Positions 46,852 through 58,216 are shown, numbered from the stretch's first letter. The stretch: DNA of 64,000 bases from an uncultured Planctomycetaceae bacterium (GCA_963833985.1 CAWIAD010000002.1:2848001-2912000), one strand, 5' to 3'. Notes: a model not told the origin generated them from the letters alone. Translations and numbers: made by a program.

Positions 46852-48432
46852 ATGCCAGAACGCCTCTCCCGCGCGCGTGGCTTGCGGTGCCTGAGCATTC
46901 CGTGCGCCCTCGCCGTGCTGCTGCTCATCGGGGCCTGCGGCGCGCCGGCCTGCCGGGCCGGGGCACGGGCGGACAAGCGCCCGAACATCGTGCTCATCTT
47001 CTGCGATGACCACGCTTACCAGGCCATCAGCGCCTATGGCGACGCGCGCCGGCTGGTGCGTACCCCGAACATTGACCGGATCGCGCGTGAGGGGATGCGG
47101 TTCGACCGCTGCCTGGTGCCCAACTCGATCTGCGGACCGAGCCGGGCCACCGTGCTCACCGGCAAGTACAGCCACTCCAATGGCTTCTACAACAACACGA
47201 ACAGCCGGTTCGACGGTTCGCAGACGACCTTCCCCAAGCTGCTCCGCGCCGCAGGCTACCAGACCGCCATCTTCGGCAAGTGGCACCTGGTCACGGACCC
47301 CACCGGCTTTGACCGGTGGCAGGTCCTCCCCGGCCAGGGCGTCTATTACAACCCTCCCATGCTCACGCCCGGCGGCCGGGTGCGGCACCAGGGCTACGTG
47401 ACCGATCTCATCACCGACCTGTCGCTCGAGTGGCTCAGGAACCGCGACCCCGCGCGTCCCTTCCTGCTCATGTGCCAGCACAAGGCGCCCCACCGCGAGT
47501 GGCAGCCCGCGCTGCGGCACCTGGACCACGACCACGGCCGGGTCTATCCCGAGCCTGCCACCCTGTTCGACGACTACGCCGGCCGGGGCAAGGCCGAGCA
47601 CGGCCAGGACATGACCATCGCCGCGACGCTCACCGCCAGCGACCTGAAGCTCACCCCACCTGCCGAGCTCACCGCCGACCAGAAGACCATCTGGAGCGCC
47701 TATTACGAGCCGCGCAACCAGGCGTTCCGCAGCGCAAGGCTCACGGGCAAGGACCTGGTGCGCTGGAAGTACAACCGTTACATGCACGACTACCTGGGCT
47801 GCATCCAGGCTGTGGACGAGAGCGTGGGCCGGCTGCTGTCGTTTCTCGACGAGCAGAAGCTGACCGGCGACACGATCGTCGTGTACACCTCGGACCAGGG
47901 TTTTTACCTGGGGGAGCACGGCTGGTTTGACAAGCGCTGGATCTTCGAAGAGTCGCTGCGGACGCCGCTACTCGTCCGCTGGCCGGGCGTGGTCCACGCG
48001 GGCAGCCAGTGCGAACGCCTGGTCTCCAATCTCGACCTCGCCGAGACCTTCCTCGATGCGGCCGGCCTGCCGGTCCCCGGGGAGATGCAGGGGCAGAGCC
48101 TGGTGCCCTTGCTCAAGGGGAGCACCCCGGCGGGCTGGAGAGCCAGCTTCTATTATCATTACTACGAGTTCCCCGGGCCGCACAGTGTGCACCGGCACTA
48201 CGGTGTGGTGACCGATCGCTACAAGCTCGTCCACTTCTATGAGCCGGGAATTGATGAATGGGAGCTCTTCGATCGACAGGCCGACCCGCGTGAACTGCAC
48301 AGCGTTTTCGGTGCCGCCGAATATGCCGCGGCCCAGCGCGCGCTCGCGGAAGAGCTGAAGCGGCTGCGGGGACAACTGGGCGTGCCCGCGCAGGACCCGC
48401 CCGCCTCCCTGATTCCGGCCCCGAGCCGCTGA
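46852..48432 (+). CDS. Formylglycine-dependent sulfatase (S1)
   Basis: [24 protein letters not shown] (CxPxR), [25 protein letters not shown]. Confidence 0.94.
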   Translation: MPERLSRARGLRCLSIPCALAVLLLIGACGAPACRAGARADKRPNIVLIFCDDHAYQAISAYGDARRLVRTPNIDRIAREGMRFDRCLVPNSICGPSRATVLTGKYSHSNGFYNNTNSRFDGSQTTFPKLLRAAGYQTAIFGKWHLVTDPTGFDRWQVLPGQGVYYNPPMLTPGGRVRHQGYVTDLITDLSLEWLRNRDPARPFLLMCQHKAPHREWQPALRHLDHDHGRVYPEPATLFDDYAGRGKAEHGQDMTIAATLTASDLKLTPPAELTADQKTIWSAYYEPRNQAFRSARLTGKDLVRWKYNRYMHDYLGCIQAVDESVGRLLSFLDEQKLTGDTIVVYTSDQGFYLGEHGWFDKRWIFEESLRTPLLVRWPGVVHAGSQCERLVSNLDLAETFLDAAGLPVPGEMQGQSLVPLLKGSTPAGWRASFYYHYYEFPGPHSVHRHYGVVTDRYKLVHFYEPGIDEWELFDRQADPRELHSVFGAAEYAAAQRALAEELKRLRGQLGVPAQDPPASLIPAPSR

Positions 48433-48474
48433 TCCGGCCTGGCCCACTGCGCCCTTCGCATGAGGGATGGTCAA

Positions 48475-50133
48475 ATGAAAATCTTCGGCATTTTTTTGCT
48501 GCTGCTCGCGGGAGCCGTCCAGGTTCGGGCCGATGAGCCCTTCCGCGACCGCTGGGTCTGGGTCTTCGGCTGGAACCTGGAGCGGTCGGGTGACGTGGAT
48601 CAGGTCTCCCGGGTGCTCGCCACGGCCGGTGCTCACGGTCTGAACGGGGCCGTGGTTTCCTTCGGACTGGACACGCTCTGCCAGAAGTCCTCGGAGTTCT
48701 TTGACCGGTTCGAGCAGGTCAGGCAGGCGAGCGAGCGGCACGGACTGGAGCTGATCCCGTCCGTCTTCTCCATCGGTTACGCGGGCGCCGTGCTCGGACA
48801 TGACCGCAACCTGGCCGAAGGCCTGCCCGTCGCGGACGCACCTTTTCTGGTTCGTGGCGGACAAGCCCGGTTCCTTGCGCCCGAGACGCAAGCTCTGGCA
48901 AACGGCGGCTTCGAGGACGTCTCCGGCAACTCTTTTGCTCGCTACGAGTTTCATGACCAGCCGGGGGAGATCAGCTTCGCCGACACCCGTGTGGCCCACG
49001 GCGGCAAGGCGGCGATCCGCATGGAGAACTTCACGGCCAACCGCTACGGCCACGGCCGGGTGATGCAGGTTCTCCGGGTGCAGCCGCACAGGTGCTACCG
49101 GGTGAGCCTCTGGGTGAAGACCGAAGGTCTCGAGCCCGCCGGGTCGTTCCAGGTGATGGTGCGGGCCAGAGACCGCGACATCGCCCCGCGCACGTTTCAT
49201 GTCCCCGCGACCACGGACTGGCGAAAGCTCTCGTTCCTCTTCAACAGCCTGGAAGAAGAACGCGTCCAGATCTACGCCGGCGTCTGGGGAGGCAAGGCGG
49301 GCAAATTCTGGATCGACGACTGGAGCGTACAGCAGGTTGGCCCGCTCAACGTGCTGCACCGCGGGGGCACTCCGGTCACCGTGCGCGATTCCAAGGGCGC
49401 CGTGACGTACGCCCCTGGGAAGGACTACGCACCGCTCGTCGATGCGCATTTCAACGTCGGCCGTGTGGATCGCGAGGCGGCCGCCCTGACGATCACACCT
49501 GGCAGCCGGATCAAGGATGGCGATCGCCTCCTGGTTAGCTGGTATCACGCGATGGTCATCCATGAATGGCAGCAGGCGGCCTGCATGGCCGAGCCGGCCG
49601 TCTATGACATCTTCGACCACGAAGCGAAGCTGCTGGCCGAGCACCTCAAGCCCAGGCGCGTGCTGCTGAACATGGACGAGATCCGCATGGGGGGAACTTG
49701 CGCGGCTTGCCGCGGCCGCAACATGGGAGAGCTGCTTGGCGAATGCATCACGCGCCAGGTGCAGATTCTCCGGAATCACTTACCGGGCGTGGAGGTGCTC
49801 ATCTGGTCGGACATGCTCGACCCCCATCACAACGCCCACGGCAATTACTACCTCGTTTCCGGAGACTTTACGGGCTCGTGGCGGCACGTGCCGAAGGACC
49901 TGATCATGGCCGTCTGGGGAGACAAGCCCCAGGAGAAGAACCTTCGCTTCTTCTCCGAACAGGGGTTCCGCACCCTGGGCGCCTGCTATTACGACGCGGA
50001 TGACCTGAACGATGTGCGCGGCTGGATCGAGCTGGCCCGGAAAACGCGCGGCACGCAAGGGCTCTTGTACACGCCCTGGCAACGAAAGTACGCCCTGCTG
50101 GCCGAGTTCGGCGACCTCCTGCGGCCGCGCTGA
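48475..50133 (+). CDS. Secreted carbohydrate-active protein: TIM-barrel (GH20-like) with inserted CBM4/9-like module
   Basis: Signal peptide; LANGGFE..YRVSLWVKT..FWIDD beta-sandwich; LNMDEIR, IWSDML, GLLYTPW. Confidence 0.6.
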   Translation: MKIFGIFLLLLAGAVQVRADEPFRDRWVWVFGWNLERSGDVDQVSRVLATAGAHGLNGAVVSFGLDTLCQKSSEFFDRFEQVRQASERHGLELIPSVFSIGYAGAVLGHDRNLAEGLPVADAPFLVRGGQARFLAPETQALANGGFEDVSGNSFARYEFHDQPGEISFADTRVAHGGKAAIRMENFTANRYGHGRVMQVLRVQPHRCYRVSLWVKTEGLEPAGSFQVMVRARDRDIAPRTFHVPATTDWRKLSFLFNSLEEERVQIYAGVWGGKAGKFWIDDWSVQQVGPLNVLHRGGTPVTVRDSKGAVTYAPGKDYAPLVDAHFNVGRVDREAAALTITPGSRIKDGDRLLVSWYHAMVIHEWQQAACMAEPAVYDIFDHEAKLLAEHLKPRRVLLNMDEIRMGGTCAACRGRNMGELLGECITRQVQILRNHLPGVEVLIWSDMLDPHHNAHGNYYLVSGDFTGSWRHVPKDLIMAVWGDKPQEKNLRFFSEQGFRTLGACYYDADDLNDVRGWIELARKTRGTQGLLYTPWQRKYALLAEFGDLLRPR

Positions 50134-50175
50134 CCGTGCCGAATGACCGCTCACGCAATGGATCGGCTGCCCCAT

Positions 50176-51327
50176 TCAGTCTGGATCCCAGATGGTGGCG
50201 GCGATGTACCGCTCGGGGCCTGTCCGGCGATCCCAGAAGTAGTAGACAGTCACGACCTTGCCGTCGGGGCGCTGGACGCTGCGCGGGTATCCCAGGTCGC
50301 GTCCTCCGCCGTCGTCGCGGAGGGTGATCTCAGGCTCCCAGGTACGCCCGCCGTCTCGGCTCAATCGGCCGCGGATGGAGAATGGCGCGGCACGATGGCC
50401 GTAGGTCAGGCAGAGCCGGCCATCAGCCAGGCGGATCAAGCTGGCCGGGTTGCCTTCGCCCAGGTCCGCGGCCGGCACCGAATCGAGCGTCCAGGTGCGG
50501 CCATCGTCGCGCGAGCGGTAGGTCTCGATCCAGTGCCTTATCCCTTCGTGGCGTCGAATGGCCGAGAGCAGCTCCGTACCGTTCAGGCGGACGGTCGCGG
50601 GCATGATCGCGAACCCCGCCGGCTCGGGGCTGATCCAGCCGACCGTTCGCCAGGTCTTGCCGCCATCGGTCGTACGCACGCAGAGGGGGCGCCCCTCCTG
50701 GCCGTTCGCCTTCGACGCCGTCAGGAAGAGCATGCAGTCGGAGGGACCGTTGATAATATAGTCCGTGCGGGCGGCAATGCCGGGCTGGCCGAAGAGAGGC
50801 AAGGAGAATGGGCCTTCCCAGTGATGGCCTCGGTCCATCGAATAGGAGAATCGCGACGGTCCGGCAGCGACGTCGGTCATCCGGACCGTGAGCGCAAAGC
50901 CGGGCTGAGTGAAGTTCACGCCGCCCGGACAGGCGCGCCAGGGCTTTTCCGCCAGCCCCGGCGGCGTGACGCCGTGCAGTGCCTTTCCCACGGGAATGAG
51001 GGCACCGGCTGCGCCTGGGTTCTCGATGGTCCAGGATTCCCCGCCGTCGCGGCTCCGCGCCAGCAGGTGCTCCTCCGGCTTGCCGTGATCGATGGCATGC
51101 CGCTCCGGGCCGTGGTCCTGGTAGTACCCCGCGCTGAAGCCGACGAGGATCTCATTCCCCCAGCACCAGATCCCGTGGTTGGCCGGCCAGCCGCCGAACC
51201 GCCCGGGCCGGTGGTAGACCATCACGTGGACCAGGCGCCGGCTGGCGGGCGCGCTCTTGGTGGACGGTGGCTCGGGTGAGCTCCACGGCAGTGAGAGGCT
51301 CATGAGAGCCGCGACCGACATCCACAT
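50176..51327 (-). CDS. Sialidase-family BNR/Asp-box beta-propeller protein
   Basis: Five Asp-boxes: SRDGGESW, SMDRGHHW, TTDGGKTW, SRDDGRTW, SRDGGRTW; DLGYP; signal peptide. Confidence 0.85.
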   Translation of the reverse strand: MWMSVAALMSLSLPWSSPEPPSTKSAPASRRLVHVMVYHRPGRFGGWPANHGIWCWGNEILVGFSAGYYQDHGPERHAIDHGKPEEHLLARSRDGGESWTIENPGAAGALIPVGKALHGVTPPGLAEKPWRACPGGVNFTQPGFALTVRMTDVAAGPSRFSYSMDRGHHWEGPFSLPLFGQPGIAARTDYIINGPSDCMLFLTASKANGQEGRPLCVRTTDGGKTWRTVGWISPEPAGFAIMPATVRLNGTELLSAIRRHEGIRHWIETYRSRDDGRTWTLDSVPAADLGEGNPASLIRLADGRLCLTYGHRAAPFSIRGRLSRDGGRTWEPEITLRDDGGGRDLGYPRSVQRPDGKVVTVYYFWDRRTGPERYIAATIWDPD

Positions 51328-51478
51328 GGTACGCCATTTCCCCAGGCCGTTGATGCGGGCGAGCGAGGTGTGACGCCACGCGCGGATTGATGGACGACGG
51401 CCGATGCGGTTGCCGGGTTCGATCCGCGCCGCGGGCACACGAAAGTGCGTGCGAGCCCGCGACGCCCAGGCAGGATCA

Positions 51479-54400
51479 TTACCTTGTGAACCCGAGCCGG
51501 GACAGCTCGCGATCGATCAGCTCCAGGTTCCAGATCTCGATGATTGGCTCGGTGCCGTCGCACCTGCATGCCAGCCGTCGGCCGGCAGGGTCGAAGGCGA
51601 GGTTCCTCACCACGCCGCGCTGGCCCGGGAGCCGGAGGTCGACGTGCGGGTGGGCCGGATCGACCATCGACCAGAGCAGGACCTGGCCCTGCGGCGAGCC
51701 GACGGCAAGCTGCTTGCCGTCCGGCGAAAAGGCCAGCGTGAAGATGGCGCCCACGGCCTCCTCGCAGGGCGGATCGATGCGTCCCACCACATTCATGCGC
51801 GCCGTGTCCACCAGTGTCACCGTTCCGGTCCGATCACCCACCGCCAGCAGCGTCCCGTCCGGCCGCAACGCCAGGCTGAACAGCCACTCCGGCAAGGGAT
51901 CAACGAGCTCCACCTTGCGCGCCCTGATCCGGCCGCCGCCGGCTTCAGGTTCGAGTGCCCAGGTGACAAGCTTGTTCATCTCGGCAAGCATGTAAAGGCG
52001 GTCGCCACCGGGCGCAAGCTGAACGGCCATCGGGTCGCGCGGCGGGGCCGTGCCGCGGTTCGAGTTCCCCCCACGCTGGCCGCGCGATTCCCGTCTTGTG
52101 CCAGGACCCTGGGGGCCGCCCGTGGTCAATGAGGCCCGGGGCGATGGAGCGGCGTTCGGCGTCCGCTCGTCCTCCTCCGTCCGCGGCGGTGCGATGACAG
52201 GGCGGAGGCGATCCGGGTGGGATGAGTCCCAGATCAGGACGTCGGTGGACCTCACCAGTGCCAGCGTCCGACCGTCCGTCGAACGGGTGAGCAGGTTCTG
52301 GGTCCAGGGCCCAGCCGGCTTCTGGGGGATGCGAAGGAGCGCGGGACTCTGGGAGAGCAGCGAGCCGTCATTCCAGATCCGCAGCCCCTGCGCGTCATGA
52401 GCGATGAGCCGTCCGGCAGCGTCGTAGGCGACATGAGTGCGGCGGTTCCGTTCGGCCTCACGGTCGTGATTGCGCGTCGCGCTGTCGCCCGAGGTGATCG
52501 GGGCGGCGCTCGTGCAGTGGTTACCGCCGTCGCGATAGAACCAGACGTCTCCGTTGTTCAGGCCGATACTCAGGCAGCCTTCGGTGTTGAACGCCATTGA
52601 TGAGGGCCGCGCCTGAGCCTCGAAGCCGCCGAGCTGGACGCGCGCCGCCGAATCAGACACGCGCCAGACCGTGGTCGCCGTGGAGCGGCCTCCACTGCCC
52701 ACGGCGAGCGTGCGGCCGTCCGGTGTGAAGCTCACATCGGTGATCCAGTCCGCGGCTGGTAGCACGGCCAGCAGCTTGTGCGAGACAGTGTCCCAGAGCT
52801 CCGCGTGGTTGCCGATGATCGCGGCCAGGAGGTTTCCCTGAGGGTTGAACCGCATCAGCCGCGGGGTGCCTCGTGAGGAAGAGAGGCTGCTCAGGATCGT
52901 CCCGGCTTCACGGTCCCAGAGCTGGATCGTGTTCCCGGAGGCGGTGGCCATCATGTTGCTTGCGCCCAGGGCCAGCGACGACAGGAACTCAACCTGAGCG
53001 TCGATCTGACCGGTCGGCTGGCCGTCCCAGGCGGAACGGAGCGCGACGGTGACGGTTGTGGGAAGCGCCGTGACCGCACTGCTCCGGTTCATGGCGATGG
53101 CCACCGTCTTGCCGTCGGGGCTGAACGCCGCAATCAAGGCGAACACCCGGCGCAGCGAATCGGGCTTGATCCGGTCCAGAGTCGCGATCGGCTGCTCCAT
53201 CCGGTTCAAATCCCAGAGCAGCACCTCGAGTTCCCCTTCGACCTGGCCGGGGCCCTGGCGTGATCGAAACTCGCCACGTCCCCGTCGCCCGGTCTCAAGG
53301 ATGGTCTCGACGGTTAGCAATCGCTCGCTGGTCGGGTTGGCCATCATGCTCAAAACTCGGCGCCCGGGCGCACCAGTTCGTGCAGGGCGGAGCCCGTGCG
53401 GATGTCGAAAAGCCGCAGCGCCGCGTCGTCCGGGCGGATCACCACCAGGATGTGACCGGCCAGGGCCAGGCGATCTCCCCATGGATTACGGGGTGGTGGC
53501 GGCGGGGTCGTGGTGCCTGTGCTGGAACTGTTTCCGCCCGGGGTCGGTGTCGAGCTGGAGCCCGAGGTCGAGGGCGCGTTCGAGCCCGAGGTCGAAGGCG
53601 GCGAGGGCGAGGTCGAGTTCGAGGCGGCCGCGGCGCGGGGCGAGCCTGCCTGGCTGCGGCTTGCCGGCCTGGCGGCGCCGGCCTCCGCCGCGGAGGCTTC
53701 GCGCCGGGGGACTGAGTGTAGGATGGACCGGAACCGTCATCCAGGGCGATGGTCTCGAACCGCTGTCGCTGCTCCACGTTCCACAGGCTCACTTCCAGCC
53801 CGTCATCGGAAAGCGATGCGAGCACCGTGCCGCCCGGTCCGAACTCGATGCCGCGTGTGGGACCTGTGGGAAATTCCGGGCCCGGACGCACGTCCCGCAG
53901 CACCAGGAATTCGACGGCCCTGTCGCGGAGCTGTTCCGGAGTCAACTGGGCGTTCTGGTCCAGCTCGACGGCTTTCTCCGGGTCCGCGGCCCGCTGAAGC
54001 AGATCCAGGCCCCGGGCGCGGCGGTCGGGCAGGTCCGAGAGCAGCAGGTTGGAGGCACTGGCGAACAGAGCCCGCCGGGCCGCGGCACGGGCCTTGTCGG
54101 CCTCTTGCTCCTTGTCGTGCAGCGCGACGTTTTTCTCGTTGCTGGCCTGGATCGCCAGCTCGCTGGCCAGAATTGCGTCGTTCTTCTCGTGCAGGATCCG
54201 GACGTATGCATACGTCGCGATGCTCAGGACCGCCATGCTGGCAACCGCCGTGACGGCGGAGATGCCCGGATGGCGGCGGGTCACCCGCAGGAAGCGGCCC
54301 ACCGGGCTGATCCGGCGCGCTTTCACCGGCTCGTGGTTCAAGAACCGAGCCAGGTCGTCCGCCAGGGCCGTGGCCGTCGCGTAGCGATCGCCGGGCCGCT

Positions 54401-55952
54401 TGGCGAGGGTCTTGAGCACGATCGTTTCCAGATCGCGGGGAACCCTGCGGTTGAACAGCCGCGGGGCCAGCGGATCCTTGCCGCCAATCTGGTCCAGCAA
54501 CTCCGCGGCGCTGGAGCCGTCAAACGGCGGCCGGAGCGTGAGCAGCTCGTAGAGCGTGGCGCCCAGGCTGTACACGTCCGTGCGGCCGTCAATGGCACCG
54601 GTTCGAGCCTGCTCCGGGCTCATGTAGCGGGGCGTGCCCAGCAGGCTGTCATGATGCGTCAGCCCCGGGTCGGCCAGCCGGCGCGCCAGCCCGAAATCAG
54701 TCATCCAGATAGTTCCCTCTTCATCGATGAGCAGGTTGGATGGCTTGACGTCGCGGTGGATGACTCCATGGTGATGCGCGTGGGCCAGGGCTTCCGCGGA
54801 TTGCAGGCCGACCTCGGCCACCCAGCGGAAGAAGGCAAAGCCGCGCGGGGGCTCGAGCGGCGGTCCGCTCTCATCATCGTCCTGAAATTGCGGCGGTAGA
54901 AAGGCGGGCGACCGCTTGCCGCCGTCAAGGTCGGCGGCCAGCGGCTCGTCCTGCCCCTCCTGCACGGCGCTGCGTTTTCCCATCCATGAGCCGGTCGGGT
55001 CATTCCCGCCGAAGAATCCCGGTCCCAGCGGCGGCGCCGCGGGCGCGGAGACATTCGAGAATTGCGCCAGGCCGCTGACGGCCGGCTCCAGTCCGGCACC
55101 CGCCGGCGTGCAGGCGCTGCCGGTCCACTCCAGGACGTCCACGGCACCGTTGCGCGCCGCAGGCTGGCCCTCATGTGCGCTGTCGTCCTGGAAATGGCGG
55201 GGGCGTTTCCATGGCAAGCTGGACGAAACGCGCTCCCAGAGGCGGCTGAAGTTCGAGCCAAGCTGGGAGGCCGAGCCGGTGTCACGCCCGCTCCCCGGGC
55301 GCGCTCCCCCGCCTCCGCCTCCGGAGCTTGAACCTGACGCTGTGGACCGTGTCTTGCGGAGGTGGCGGATGACCTTGTCCAGTCCGCTCCCGTCGATCTT
55401 CTGCATGGCGTAGTAGCAGAGACCGCCGGCCTGGCCGACATCGAAGACCGGCACGATGTGGGTGTGATGCAGACCGGCGGCGGTCCGCGCCTCGTTCAGG
55501 AACCGTCTCCGCGCCGAGGAATCCGGGGCCGCGTGGACTCCCAGAACCTTCAGCGCCACCGGCCGGTCCAGCCCTACATGGACCGCCTCGTACACGGTCC
55601 CCATACCGCCGCGTCCCAGTTCGCGAACGACCCGGTAACCCGCGATCCGCCGTCCCGACTCGATGCACCGGCCCGGCCCCGCGGCCGCCGACCCGTACCC
55701 TGACCCGTGGCCGGACGCCTGGCCGACCAGCCCGTTCACCAGCTCCAGGCCCTCGAGTGCCGAACGGATGTCTTCACGCAGATCGGGGTAGCCGGCGGCG
55801 AAGTTTTCCGGATCCGGCGCGGTGCCTTGCTCGAGCAAAGCCAGATAGGTCTCGATCGCCTCGCCCAGGCGATCGTCGCTGTCGCCGTCGCCCCCGCCGC
55901 TGTCGGGGCTGGCGGAAAGACCAGTGCTGTCGTCATCACGCCGGTGAGCCAT
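51479..55952 (-). CDS. Ser/Thr protein kinase with TM helix and WD40 repeats; frameshifts near 53707 and 53365
   Basis: LGRGGMGTVY, VALK, HRDVKPSN, DFGLA, GTPRYMSPE, DVYSLG; TM; many FSPDG..LA repeats; a middle frame (EASAAE..GDRLALAGHILVV..LRLFDIRTG) bridges the two listed ORFs. Confidence 0.88.
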
Positions 55953-56607
55953 CTTCGTACCTCAGAGACCCCCCAGGTGGGCCCTCGAGCGATCGTCTCA
56001 GTCGTTTCAGACCCCGCGCCCAGATCCCCCGGACCGACTTTCGGCTCAGCGCCATTCGCTCGCCGATCGCCTCGAAGGACAGGTTCTCGGCATGGTAAAG
56101 CCAGAGCACATCGGCTTCGGGCTCGGGCAGCACGTCCAGAGCGTCGGCCAGCAGGACGATGAGCTCACGCCGGCTGACCACCTCGCTGGGACTGGTCTGG
56201 CTCAGGGCCAGCATGTCCAGGAGCCGCCCGCCTCCCTCGCTGGCCCGGACCGAGCCCCCCGGCTCGTAGGGCGCGTCCAGCGGCAGGATGCTGCCGGCGC
56301 CGGTGCGCTTGGACCGGCTGTGATAGCGCCCCAGGTCCGCCAGCTTCTGTCCGACCAGCCGCCTCAGCCATCCCACCAGGGCGGCCTCATTCTGGCCGGT
56401 GAACTGGGGAAACTGCCGGACGACCTCGACGAGGGCCTCCTGAACCACGTCGGAGAGCTCCAGCCGCTCGCGCAGCCGGGGACCCAGACCGGTCCGTACG
56501 ATCATCCTCAGGTAATTGCGATAGAGGGCGCAGAGTTCGCCCAGCGCTTCGGTTTCACCCGCGCGTGCCCGGGTCAGCAGTTCGATCGGACCATCGGCCA
56601 TCTGCAT
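55936..56607 (-). CDS. ECF sigma factor, planctomycete kinase-associated type
   Basis: ARAGETEALGEL..YRNYLR..LSDVVQE..WLRR; TSPSE; region 4 LSFEAIGERM..VRGIWARGL; overlaps the kinase start. Confidence 0.9.
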   Translation of the reverse strand: MQMADGPIELLTRARAGETEALGELCALYRNYLRMIVRTGLGPRLRERLELSDVVQEALVEVVRQFPQFTGQNEAALVGWLRRLVGQKLADLGRYHSRSKRTGAGSILPLDAPYEPGGSVRASEGGGRLLDMLALSQTSPSEVVSRRELIVLLADALDVLPEPEADVLWLYHAENLSFEAIGERMALSRKSVRGIWARGLKRLRRSLEGPPGGSLRYEDGSPA

Positions 56608-57021
56608 CGGCTCTATTGCTGGAATACCGCATGACCGGAGCCTGTGGGATGGAGCAGGTCTGAACGCGAACCCTCGTGGTCCGGCGGGATTGAGCCGGAA
56701 GGTCGGCCGCGACTTGCCCGCTCGCGGGGCCCTCCCGAACCAGCCGACGGCTGAACGATTCTCTACTCACTTAGGCGTCAGCCTGCCATCCTCTGGACCC
56801 GGTTCCCCGAAAATCGGCTCTCCTGGCTGCGGTCTGCGTACCACCATCTCCACTCTCTTCATGATCGAGAGAATCCGCGCCCGCGGCAAGCCAAATACCG
56901 GGTCCGGCCAGCCGGCGAACCCGGGTGCGCGGAGGCCCTGGCGGTTCCGCGCGCTGCGGGCTTCCGCGCCCACCGGGTTTTGGGGGTCGCCGCGCGTGGC
57001 TGCCAGCGATCAGTCCCGCGC

Positions 57022-57061
57022 AAGAAAAGGGCCCGGCGACGCATGACTGCATCGCCGGGCC
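57022..57061 (-). terminator. Intrinsic terminator of the PEP-CTERM gene
   Basis: GGCCCGGCGA...TCGCCGGGCC stem followed on the minus strand by CTTTTCTT. Confidence 0.75.
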
Positions 57062-57117
57062 TGGTATCTGTCCAGTAGTTGCCTGGGCTCCGGACCCGCG
57101 GTTCGGAAGGAGACTGC

Positions 57118-57780
57118 TCAGGCCGTGGCCTTGCGGCGCCGAAACTGAACGTAGCGCCTCAGGCCGAGTCCGCCCACGGTGGTCAGGAAGAGGGCGATGG
57201 TGCTCGGTTCGGGAACCGGAGATTCCACCAGCGTGACCAGCCCCTGCGCGGAGGTGGTGCCATTGTTCGAGGTCGAGGGCGAAAGCAGCAGCGAGGTGGT
57301 GGGCAGGCTGAATTCCGCCGTGCCATTGCCGCCCAGGCTGATCAGCCCGTTGGGGACCGGGTTGAAGGTGGCCGTCACCGTTGAACTCGAGGGCCCGCTA
57401 TTCGCACCATTGAGCACGCCGCTCAGCACCACGGGAGAGTCCGTGGAAATGGTCGCGTTCGAGCCGTAGGCCGCGGGCAGCAGGCTGATCTGGAAGGGCG
57501 TGTTCTTGTAGGTCGTCGTGACTCCGGCCGCCAGCGGCGAGATCACGAAATTTCCCAGGCTCAGGTTGGTCTGGCCGGTGCTCAGGTCGACATTGTTGCC
57601 GGTATTGAGCGGGACGAAGCTGATGACGTTCGTGCCGGTGACTCCCGTCTTGGTGTCGACCTGGCCGGACGTGGTGTAGGAAAGGGGAGCGGCCGTGGCA
57701 CCAGTCGCAGTCCAGGCGACGAGTCCCAGGGCGATGACCGTGGCCCGCAGCCCAGTCCACCCTTGAATCTTGACCATCAT
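57118..57780 (-). CDS. PEP-CTERM sorting-domain surface protein
   Basis: AGGAGG RBS, signal peptide, Ser/Thr/Gly/Asn-rich body, VPEPSTIALFLTTVGGLGL-RRYVQFRRRK. Confidence 0.92.
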   Translation of the reverse strand: MMVKIQGWTGLRATVIALGLVAWTATGATAAPLSYTTSGQVDTKTGVTGTNVISFVPLNTGNNVDLSTGQTNLSLGNFVISPLAAGVTTTYKNTPFQISLLPAAYGSNATISTDSPVVLSGVLNGANSGPSSSTVTATFNPVPNGLISLGGNGTAEFSLPTTSLLLSPSTSNNGTTSAQGLVTLVESPVPEPSTIALFLTTVGGLGLRRYVQFRRRKATA

Positions 57781-57798
57781 TTCCTCCTGAAAAGGATG

Positions 57799-57818
57799 GG
57801 ATTGTGACGTCACAATCC
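57799..57818. promoter_or_regulatory. Perfect 20-bp palindrome (candidate operator)
   Basis: GGATTGTGACGTCACAATCC is its own reverse complement; 18 bp upstream of the PEP-CTERM start. Confidence 0.6.
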
Positions 57819-58216
57819 ATTCGCTTGGCAATGTCTTCGTCTGGACTCGAGCTGTGGCGTCCTCACCTGGACTGACACGCCCCGGGCCAACGCACGGCAC
57901 GGGCCAGGCCTGGTCGCAAGGTGGACGAACGACACCAGATCAAAGCATCACATCCCCGACCGGATCCCTTCACCGGTCTGCACAGCGGACTCGCTGCCGT
58001 AGCGTTGCACGACCTGGAACGAGAGGAGGCAAAGAATTGAAGTCATCGAGCATCCCTGCCAGCCTCGAAACCCGACCATGAGTTCCGTCGTCGCGAGCCA
58101 AGGGTGTGAAAGAACGGCGGAACGATAACCCGGGACGCACGGGCTGTAAACGCGACTTTGCGGTTTCTTGAGTTTTTTTTCCCTTTTGTCGATCGTCCCA
58201 CGATCCCCGGCATTCA

